A DNA stretch of 64,000 nucleotides, taken from an uncultured Mycoplasmatota bacterium (GTDB lineage: Bacteria; Bacillota_I; Bacilli_A; RF39; UBA660). Location: NCBI GenBank assembly GCA_900545005.1, contig UQXO01000004.1, positions 13,661 to 77,660 of the forward strand. Reading direction: 5' to 3'. This document shows, one piece after another, positions 28,401 to 35,935 of this stretch. Within the stretch, counting starts at the first letter, position 1. Each line of letters starts with the position of its first letter. Both the position numbers and the translations under genes were made by a program. The notes beneath the pieces are model-generated. The model was not told the DNA's origin. It ran no database searches and saw only the letters and a list, made by a program, of their open reading frames with translations.

Positions 28401-28496
28401 TGCCGTAATAAACATAGCAGCATAGGAAGCAATAATTCCTACAACCATAACAATTAACATAGTCCAAACAGCAATCTTTTGGGCTTTTTTTGACAT
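28395..28496 (-). CDS. 33-aa single-TM peptide (DUF4044-like); not in the ORF track
   Basis: My translation is MSKKAQKIAVWTMLIVMVVGIIASYAAMFITAK. GAAGGAAGG SD-like sequence lies upstream on the minus strand. Confidence 0.5.
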   Translation of the reverse strand: MSKKAQKIAVWTMLIVMVVGIIASYAAMFITAK

Positions 28497-28580
28497 AAGT
28501 TCTTACCTTCCTTCATGTAATATAATAATATTTTAGCATAAAAATAAGCACTTGCCAATATACTTATGTAGGTGATTAAC

Positions 28581-29162
28581 TTGAAACTTCTAAAAAAGCA
28601 CTACAATACAGTCTTATTCTTGGTAACTATCATTGTCGTAGGCATTATTCTTGGTCTTATTTTAGGTATCAAGCAAGGCCCCATCTTTAAGAATGACTTA
28701 ATCTATAGTACCTCTAATCTCAAGAATGCTATTCTTACTAATAATGTTAATAATATTCTTTCTCACTTTCTTTTACTAGGACTAGTTATTTTCACATGTC
28801 TCATTATGCCCTTATATTTTCTTAATATAATTTATTTACTATTCAAAGGGATAACTATAGGGTTTAATATCTATATTTTTACAGTTTCTTTTGGTTTTAA
28901 AGGATTAATTAGTTCTCTTATCTATAATCTAACTATTAATCTTTTTTATCTTTCGATGTTTATCTTTCTTTTAATAAAGGGAAACTATCTTACTAAGAAT
29001 ATCCTTATTCTTTTAATAGACCATTCTAAAGATATTTTTCCTAAGATTAAAAAGACTATTTTAGCCATGCTAATCATTGGCAGTACCATTCTTATAAATG
29101 ATCTAATCCTTTTCTTTTCCTCTAAAGTCTTACTTCCTAAAATATTCTTTCTCTTAGGATAG
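28581..29162 (+). CDS. Polytopic membrane protein, SpoIIM-like (tentative)
   Basis: It has ~5 TM helices, and its size and N-terminal layout resemble stage II sporulation protein M. The TTG at 28581 lies 6 nt after AGGTGA; the track start is the GTG at 28572. Confidence 0.35.
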   Translation: MKLLKKHYNTVLFLVTIIVVGIILGLILGIKQGPIFKNDLIYSTSNLKNAILTNNVNNILSHFLLLGLVIFTCLIMPLYFLNIIYLLFKGITIGFNIYIFTVSFGFKGLISSLIYNLTINLFYLSMFIFLLIKGNYLTKNILILLIDHSKDIFPKIKKTILAMLIIGSTILINDLILFFSSKVLLPKIFFLLG

Positions 29163-29210
29163 ACTTTAAAAAATTATTTTGGTAAAATATATCACGGAAG
29201 TGATTTACAA

Positions 29211-30317
29211 ATGAAAACAGTAGTAGTAGGAATGAGTGGTGGCGTTGATTCTTCGGTATCCGCTTATCTTTTAAAAGAACAAGGATATAACGTTATAGGG
29301 CTATTTATGCGTAATTGGGATGCCGCTTTAAATAATGATATTGAAGGTAATCCAACTTTTGGCGAGAATATCTGTCCTCAAGAACAAGATTACAATGATG
29401 CTAAAAAAGTCTCTCAAGAACTAGGCATACCTTTATACCGAGTTGATTTTATCAAAGAATATTGGGATTATGTCTTTAAGTATTTTCTTGATGAGTTAAA
29501 GAAGGGGAGAACTCCTAATCCCGATTTAATGTGTAATAAGTATATTAAATTCGATTTATTTATCAAAGAAGCTAAAAAACTAGGAGCCGATTATATTGCC
29601 ACTGGACATTATGCCAGAATGGAAGATGGACACCTTTTAAGAGGAATAGATTCTAATAAAGACCAGACTTATTTTTTAGCTCAAGTAAAAAGAGAAGCTC
29701 TAAAAAATGTTTTATTTCCGGTTGGGGGGTTAACTAAACCCGAAGTCCGCAAGATTGCTAATGAAATTCATTTAGAGACTGCTAATAAAAAGGATTCCAC
29801 CGGTATCTGTTTTATCGGAGAAAGAAACTATCAGAAGTTTATTCATAACTATCTAAAACCTAATCCCGGAGATATTTTAAATGTCGAAACAAAAGAAAAA
29901 ATTGGTACTCATACTGGTCTTATGAATTATACAATTGGGCAAAGAAGAAATGTCGGAATCTCGGGTAATTTAGAACGCCATTATGTCTGTGGTAAAGATG
30001 TTGAAAAGAATATTCTTTATGTTGCCTTTGGGGATGATAATACTTATTTAATGAGCGATGCTTGTCTTATTGAAGATGTTAACTTCTTAAGTGAGGCAAG
30101 ACCCCAAAATTGTAGTGCTAAATTCCGTTACCGTGGGGAAGATAATGAAGTTACTTTAGAATATTTAAGTGATGGCAATATCCTTGTTAAATATCCTCAT
30201 CTTGCCAAAGCCGTTACTCCTGGTCAAGCTTGTGTACTTTACAGTGGCGAAGAATGTCTTGGCTCTGGCATAATTAAAGAAGTCTTTAAAAATGGGCAAA
30301 AATTGTGGTATTTATAG
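29211..30317 (+). CDS. mnmA: tRNA 2-thiouridine(34) synthase MnmA
   Basis: The PP-loop is VVVGMSGGVDSSVSA. NPDLMCN and DSTGICFIG are also present. Confidence 0.95.
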   Translation: MKTVVVGMSGGVDSSVSAYLLKEQGYNVIGLFMRNWDAALNNDIEGNPTFGENICPQEQDYNDAKKVSQELGIPLYRVDFIKEYWDYVFKYFLDELKKGRTPNPDLMCNKYIKFDLFIKEAKKLGADYIATGHYARMEDGHLLRGIDSNKDQTYFLAQVKREALKNVLFPVGGLTKPEVRKIANEIHLETANKKDSTGICFIGERNYQKFIHNYLKPNPGDILNVETKEKIGTHTGLMNYTIGQRRNVGISGNLERHYVCGKDVEKNILYVAFGDDNTYLMSDACLIEDVNFLSEARPQNCSAKFRYRGEDNEVTLEYLSDGNILVKYPHLAKAVTPGQACVLYSGEECLGSGIIKEVFKNGQKLWYL

Positions 30318-30337
30318 GCAAAAACTTTACGTTTTGA

Positions 30338-30365
30338 TTGACACTTTTTGTACAAATGATATAAT
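30338..30365 (+). promoter_or_regulatory. Near-consensus sigma-A promoter with a palindromic operator in the spacer
   Basis: TTGACA (30338-30343), a 16-nt spacer, and TGaTATAAT (-10 at 30360-30365). The perfect 10-bp palindrome tttgtacaaa (30347-30356) lies inside the spacer. Confidence 0.7.
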
Positions 30366-30400
30366 TAGTATGTAAGATAAGAAAGGCAGTTGTTTTACAT

Positions 30401-31171
30401 ATGCAAAAATTAAATGACCTATTTCAAGAATTAGGTATTTCCAAAGTTCGTTTAGCTAAATACCTAGGTGTATCAAGACAAATGGTTTATAATTATCTAG
30501 AACTTGATGATTTAAGTAAATGGCCTAAAGAAAAAAGAGTTATGCTTTATAAGTTATTAGATGTTAAGGATGCTAATAGTATTAATTATATTGATGTTAC
30601 AACTGATTATATGTTAGGAGTAGAATCCCGCCTTATTAAAGGCATTCGTCTGCAAGGGGAGGGGAGTTCTTGTATTGACATTAAAGGCTTAAACTATGAG
30701 TCTGAGCAACTCTTAACCGATATTATTAATCTGTTAAAGGAGCGCTTAAGTGAAGATAATTTCCGTAAAGAAAACTATTATACCTTTAAGTACTTATATC
30801 ATACTTTACAGTTGATGGATGAAATTCCCGAGATTAAATATATCTTTGGCTATATGAGTAAAACCGGTGGTTACACTAATCCCGAAGAATATAAATTACA
30901 AGAAGAAAAACAATTTATCTTAGAAGGAATATTACATACCGCCTTAGACTTATATAATAATGGTGGATCATCACGTTCTAAACTACAAGAAGCTCATCGC
31001 CGTTGGATTGCAGAAATTGATGCTAAAAAGGAAGAAAAAATTTCGCGTACTCAAGAATTAAGTGCCGTTAAATTGCAGGCCTTAAAAGAATTAAATTATG
31101 CAAAAATGGATAATACGAACGCCAATGAAGTCATTGAAAAAATTCTAGAATTACTAGCTAAAAAAGCTTAA
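30401..31171 (+). CDS. XRE-type HTH protein with an uncharacterised ~190-aa C-terminal domain
   Basis: The N-terminus LGISKVRLAKYLGVSRQMVYNYLE is a helix-turn-helix. The rest is unrecognised. Confidence 0.65.
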   Translation: MQKLNDLFQELGISKVRLAKYLGVSRQMVYNYLELDDLSKWPKEKRVMLYKLLDVKDANSINYIDVTTDYMLGVESRLIKGIRLQGEGSSCIDIKGLNYESEQLLTDIINLLKERLSEDNFRKENYYTFKYLYHTLQLMDEIPEIKYIFGYMSKTGGYTNPEEYKLQEEKQFILEGILHTALDLYNNGGSSRSKLQEAHRRWIAEIDAKKEEKISRTQELSAVKLQALKELNYAKMDNTNANEVIEKILELLAKKA

Positions 31172-31673
31172 AAAAATTAAAATACAACTCCCCTACCAAT
31201 CATAAAAAGAGAAGAGGGGAGTTGTATTATTATATATACCTATCATTTTATCCTTCTCTTAAATACATTAACTATTATTTACTGCATTTTATGTTTATAA
31301 ATAGTAAAAATAAGCCTAAATTCTCGCGCATCGAGAAATTAAAAGATGAATAATTGATTGTCTCGTTGTCTCAAAATTGCTCATATTTTGGGCAAAAAAT
31401 CCGTATTTCCTTAATAAACAATAATTAATTATCTGGAAATATTATTAATTAATAAAATAAAAATTTATCTTCTAGAAATTAAAATTAGATTCTTATAAAT
31501 TTTATTTCATATATTATTTATAATCAATTAAAAAATATTTAAGATTAATGATTAATCATCTAAAGAATAGAATTTTAATATCTAATAAGGTAATTAATCA
31601 TATAAAATAACTAAAATTTATTTTGAAATATAACTGCACATAATATATATTATGTTAACATTTATAAAATGGC

Positions 31674-32432
31674 TTATAAAAATAAGATAAATAAAGATAA
31701 TAATAAACCTATTAAGATATGCCACCTTCTCTGATAACTCACGGCTTCTGGTAGTATTTCTAAAAAAGAAATAGTAATCATCAAAATACCCACGAAGTAT
31801 AACATTATATTAAGAAATAAAATACTAATAAACGGTTTTAAAAATAACCAAGTAATAATGGCTCCGAAAGGTTCAGCCACTCCCGATAAAAAAGTATATA
31901 ATAAGGCTTTCTTACGATTACTGGTACTATAGTAGATTGGAACAGCAATACAGATACCCTCTGGTAAGTTGTGAGCCGCAATCGATAAGGCTATCTTTAA
32001 ACCTAATTTTTTATTAGCCAGACTAGAAGTAAAGACAATTATTCCTTCCGGTAAGTTATGTAAAAGTAAACTTGCCATACTTAAGATTCCTACTGTATAT
32101 AAGTGATTATTATCTTTAAATTTAGTTTTAAAAAAATGAACGAATACCATTACCAATATGGGTATCATTATGACAATTAATAAAGCTCTATTAATCTTTA
32201 AATTACTAAAAAAGTAATTAATAGAAATTGGTATTAATTCCTTAAGACTTATTAAACTCATTACTCCCATGGCAAAAGAAAGAGCAACACTTATTACCTC
32301 TCTTACCCTACTCTTACTAAAATAAGTAAAGAAAATTCCTAAATTAGTGGCCGCTCCCGCTAAAATAGCCATCACAATCGCATTTTTGGCATCCATAATC
32401 ATCACATTAATATTATTCCGATGAAAACCCAT
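31674..32432 (-). CDS. zupT: ZIP family zinc transporter (ZupT-like)
   Basis: The motifs HNLPEGIIVF and AAHNLPEGICIAVP are present. There are ~8 TM segments. Confidence 0.85.
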   Translation of the reverse strand: MGFHRNNINVMIMDAKNAIVMAILAGAATNLGIFFTYFSKSRVREVISVALSFAMGVMSLISLKELIPISINYFFSNLKINRALLIVIMIPILVMVFVHFFKTKFKDNNHLYTVGILSMASLLLHNLPEGIIVFTSSLANKKLGLKIALSIAAHNLPEGICIAVPIYYSTSNRKKALLYTFLSGVAEPFGAIITWLFLKPFISILFLNIMLYFVGILMITISFLEILPEAVSYQRRWHILIGLLLSLFILFL

Positions 32433-32497
32433 AAATTACCAAACATTTTATAGTATTATTTTTTTCAATTAATCCACAATATAATTAGGAGGTCAAA

Positions 32498-32638
32498 ATG
32501 AATTCAAAAAATAATGCAAGAAACAATGCTAAGAACAATGCTCGTAATAAAGCAAAAAGTTCTACTAGATGTCATAACACTGCTAAAAATAACAGTAAAT
32601 GTCATGCAAAATCCAATGAATTAAATGATGAAATTTAG
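32498..32638 (+). CDS. 46-aa N/A/K-rich peptide with two Cys-His pairs; not in the ORF track
   Basis: AGGAGG lies 6 nt upstream of the ATG. My translation is MNSKNNARNNAKNNARNKAKSSTRCHNTAKNNSKCHAKSNELNDEI. Confidence 0.45.
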   Translation: MNSKNNARNNAKNNARNKAKSSTRCHNTAKNNSKCHAKSNELNDEI

Positions 32639-32651
32639 TTCAAATCCTTAA

Positions 32652-33545
32652 TTATTTATGACTGCGAGGATGATATTCTTCGTAGTCCTTTTTTAATTTT
32701 TCATCAATAAGATGCGTATATATCTGGGTTGTCTTTAAATCTTCATGACCAAGTAACTCCTGAATAATCCTAATATTAGCACCGTTCTTAAGTAAAATCG
32801 TAGCAAAAGAATGTCTTAAAGTATGAGGAGATACTTCCTTTTTAATCCCCTTTTTACTACACTCTTCCTTAAGAAATTTAAAGAAAGCTTGTCTTGTTAT
32901 CTTTTTCCCATAACTAGAAATAAATAAGTACTCACTATCATTTTTCTTAAGTAAACTATTACGATAATATTCTAAATACAATTTAGTATAATATAAAGCC
33001 TCATCATCAATCGGAACAATTCGTTCCTTCCTCCCCTTCCCCAAAACCCTTAAATAACACTCAGAAAAATCAATATCACTTACCCGAAGATTAGTAAGCT
33101 CACTAATACGTAAACCTGTCGCAATCAACAGTTCTAACATCGCCTTATTCCGATAATCTTTAGGTTTCTTTAAATCAATAGCTAGTAAAGTTTTTATTTC
33201 TTCCGATGTTAAATATTCCGGTAAATTTTGCTCTAATTTAGGCATAATTAACTTATCACAAGGATTAACTTGGATAATAGACTCTCTTGTTAAAAAGCCA
33301 TAAAGAGATCTTAAAACCGTAATATGATGAGCCATACTCCTCCTACTTAAAGCTTCTAAAGTGCTTAAATACTTCAAAATATCATTATCATTCATCTTTA
33401 AATAATTTCTATTATAATTATATAAGTCTTTGATATCTTCTTTATAAGAAGCTAAAGTATTCCTACTAAGATTTTTCTCATATAAAAGATAATCTAAGTA
33501 TTTATTAAGATATTCATCATTAAGAAAATTTACTTCTTTATCCAT
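32652..33545 (-). CDS. xerD: Tyrosine recombinase XerD/XerC family
   Basis: ATGLRISEL, LGKGRKERIVPI and HTLRHSFATILLKNGANIRIIQELLGHEDLKTTQIYTH are present. Confidence 0.85.
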   Translation of the reverse strand: MDKEVNFLNDEYLNKYLDYLLYEKNLSRNTLASYKEDIKDLYNYNRNYLKMNDNDILKYLSTLEALSRRSMAHHITVLRSLYGFLTRESIIQVNPCDKLIMPKLEQNLPEYLTSEEIKTLLAIDLKKPKDYRNKAMLELLIATGLRISELTNLRVSDIDFSECYLRVLGKGRKERIVPIDDEALYYTKLYLEYYRNSLLKKNDSEYLFISSYGKKITRQAFFKFLKEECSKKGIKKEVSPHTLRHSFATILLKNGANIRIIQELLGHEDLKTTQIYTHLIDEKLKKDYEEYHPRSHK

Positions 33546-33737
33546 ATTTATTCTCCTTTAATCTTTTTATCTTAACTCTAATTTTATCATAAACTTATCT
33601 CTTAAAGAATTTTTAATTACTAAAATACTAGTTAATTTTAAAAAGAAAGTCTATTTATGATATAATAAATACTGTTTTAACAAGTATAAAACTAATATAT
33701 AGAAAGGTAATTGATAATTTTTATCAAACTAAATAAT

Positions 33738-34937
33738 ATGGAAACACTAGCAAATAAATATCGCCCTCAGTCTTTAGAAGAGGTCGTTGGTCAAAAGCAT
33801 TTAATCGGACCGAATAAAATTTTATCAAATATGGTTCAAAATAAGAAGATTTTTTCTATGATTTTATATGGTAAACCAGGAATTGGCAAAACTTCTATTG
33901 CTTATGCTTTAGTTAATTCCTATGATAAAAAATATAAGTTCTTAAATGCTACTTCATCTAGAAAAGAAGACTTTCTAATTGCCATTGAAGAGGCTAAAAT
34001 GTATAAGGATTTAATCCTAGTTGTTGATGAAATTCATCGAATGAATAAAGATAAACAAGATATTTTACTTCCTCATATTGAATCAGGTCTTATTATTTTA
34101 ATTGGTCTTACGACTAGTAATCCTTATCATAAGATTAATCCTGCTATTCGTAGTCGTTGTCAAATCTTTGAATTAAAACCCCTAGAGAAAGAAGATATTA
34201 TTACTTGTTTAAAAAGAGTTAGTGCTAAAGAAGACTTAACGGTTGAAGAAGAAGTTTACGCCGCCATTGCTAAACTTAGTAGTGGTGATGTTAGAAACGC
34301 AATTAATTTGCTAGATGTCGCTAGTATGACTGTCCTAGATAAGAAAATAACAATGGAGACTATTAAAAATATTAGTTCGAAGTCATCGGTTTTCTTTGAT
34401 AAAGATGACGATGGATATTATGATATCATCTCAGCTTTTCAAAAATCTATTCGAGGAAGTGATGCTGATGCTGCTATCTACTACTTAGGAAGATTAATTG
34501 AAGCTGAAGACTTAGATATTATCTATCGCCGGATGAGTGTAATTGCTTATGAAGATATTGGTCTTGCTAATCCTTCGATGGGTCCCAAAGTAATGGCAGC
34601 CATTCATGCCGCAGAAATTTTAGGGCTACCTGAAGCTCGTATTCCTCTAGCTCAAGTAGTCTTAGAACTAGCTCTTTCTCCTAAGAGTAATTCCAGTGAA
34701 AATGCTATTGATAATGTTTTAAATGACATCAGAAGTGGCTCTACTGGGGAAGTCCCTGAACACCTTAAAACTACTTCACCTAATTATAAATATCCCCATA
34801 ACTATCCTAAATACTGGGTTAAACAACAATATTTACCCGATGCCGTCAAAAATAAAAAATATTATTATCCAAGACATAGTAAGTATGAAGATACCCTAAA
34901 TCTTGGTAATCAAGAGATGAAAAAAGAAACTAAATAA
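33738..34937 (+). CDS. rarA: Replication-associated recombination protein A (AAA+)
   Basis: LANKYRPQSLEEVVGQ, GKPGIGKTS and VDEIHR are present. The MgsA C-terminal motif is AISAFQKSIRGSDADAAIYYLGRL. The ATG at 33738 is preferred over the TTG at 33711. Confidence 0.92.
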   Translation: METLANKYRPQSLEEVVGQKHLIGPNKILSNMVQNKKIFSMILYGKPGIGKTSIAYALVNSYDKKYKFLNATSSRKEDFLIAIEEAKMYKDLILVVDEIHRMNKDKQDILLPHIESGLIILIGLTTSNPYHKINPAIRSRCQIFELKPLEKEDIITCLKRVSAKEDLTVEEEVYAAIAKLSSGDVRNAINLLDVASMTVLDKKITMETIKNISSKSSVFFDKDDDGYYDIISAFQKSIRGSDADAAIYYLGRLIEAEDLDIIYRRMSVIAYEDIGLANPSMGPKVMAAIHAAEILGLPEARIPLAQVVLELALSPKSNSSENAIDNVLNDIRSGSTGEVPEHLKTTSPNYKYPHNYPKYWVKQQYLPDAVKNKKYYYPRHSKYEDTLNLGNQEMKKETK

Positions 34938-34980
34938 CTGGTCTAACTTAATATATAAGTTTTTCCTTCTTAGTTTCTTT

Positions 34981-35670
34981 TTAATTTTCTAAATCTTTTA
35001 ACCATTCTAGGATGATATGGCTAGCCATAAAAATACCCGCAACGCTAGGGACAAAAGGTGTTGAACCTGGAGTTCTATCATGGGTTTTAATCGGAAGCTC
35101 ACTACTTGTAACTACCGTTAGCTTCTTTATTTTATTATCTTTGCAAAGGCGACGCATAATTTTAGCTAAAGGATCATTATTAGTCTTATAAATGTCAGTA
35201 ATTACAATCTTACTAGGATCTAGTCTATTTCCGGTTCCCATTGCACTTATAATAGGAATTTTTTGTTCTTTAGCATACATTATTAAAGCCATTTTAGTTG
35301 TCACTGTATCACAACAATCTAAGATATAATCCGTATCAAGAGAAATATACTCTTTGATATTCTCTTTATTTAAGAAAACACTATGCACGGTAAAACAACC
35401 ATCAGGATTAATACTTAATGCCCTAGCTTTGGCGACTTTTACTTTTTCTTCACCTAAGACTTCATAATTACTTATTACTTGTCTATTTAGATTAGTTATA
35501 TCAACTGTATCATTATCTATTATAATAATATTCTTAAGACCAAAACGAACTAAAGTTTCTAAAGCAAAACCCCCAACGCCTCCAACACCAATCAAGACAA
35601 TCTTTTTATTCTGAATACTTTTTAATTTATCTTCACTAATTAATTTTAATATTCTTGCATACTGTTCCAT
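34981..35670 (-). CDS. tcdA: ThiF-family tRNA threonylcarbamoyladenosine dehydratase (TcdA/YrvM-like)
   Basis: IVLIGVGGVGGFALETLVRFG...IIDNDTVDITNLNRQ is present. It is adjacent to rarA, as in Bacillus. Confidence 0.85.
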   Translation of the reverse strand: MEQYARILKLISEDKLKSIQNKKIVLIGVGGVGGFALETLVRFGLKNIIIIDNDTVDITNLNRQVISNYEVLGEEKVKVAKARALSINPDGCFTVHSVFLNKENIKEYISLDTDYILDCCDTVTTKMALIMYAKEQKIPIISAMGTGNRLDPSKIVITDIYKTNNDPLAKIMRRLCKDNKIKKLTVVTSSELPIKTHDRTPGSTPFVPSVAGIFMASHIILEWLKDLEN

Positions 35671-35686
35671 TTAATTTACTCCATAT

Positions 35687-35854
35687 AAAAACCAAAGGGT
35701 GGTCTATTGTGATAAAAGCCCGCTTATCGCAGGTGGGTATACACATAAATTGTTTCAGGATCCTTGCATTTACAAGTATTCAACACCACAATTTAATTAG
35801 ATTCCCGTATAATCACTTACTCGGTTTTATGTAAATAAACCATTTTCCTTTGGT
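35687..35854 (-). ncRNA. ssrS: Candidate 6S RNA
   Basis: A 265-bp ORF-free gap lies upstream of tcdA. The minus-strand promoter is TTGCTT (35884-35889), 17 nt, then TGaTACACT (-10 at 35861-35866). The ends of the ~168-nt RNA pair (ACCAAAGG..UGGU with ACCA..CCUUUGGU) and a U-run follows. The internal pairing UAAAUUGU/ACAAUUUA gives a rod with internal loops. B. subtilis 6S-1 (bsrA) lies in the aspS-yrvM(tcdA) gap. Confidence 0.55.
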
Positions 35855-35935
35855 AATTTAAGTGTATCATAAGAGCTTCTTATAAGCAAGTCCTTTTGCT
35901 TATTTTAAGTCCTTTTTTTTCATCTTCATAGAGTT

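Noticed and set aside
28141-28467. Track ORFs 28141..28467 (-) and 28266..28457 (+) overlapping the mscL 3' end.
   Set aside because: Both overlap mscL and the terminator. The only well-formed gene in this gap is the 33-aa peptide at 28395..28496 (-), which has its own SD.
32470-32478. The DnaA-box-like sequence taatccaca, near the AT-rich gap and zupT.
   Set aside because: It is a single one-mismatch box with no cluster and no dnaA/dnaN nearby. It is not an origin.
32652-33545. The tyrosine recombinase as a marker of a mobile element, or as the invertase for the 2412-2693 repeats.
   Set aside because: It has the full XerD-type motifs and sits among housekeeping genes with no flanking att-like repeats or cargo. 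A link to the distant inverted repeats cannot be supported from the sequence.
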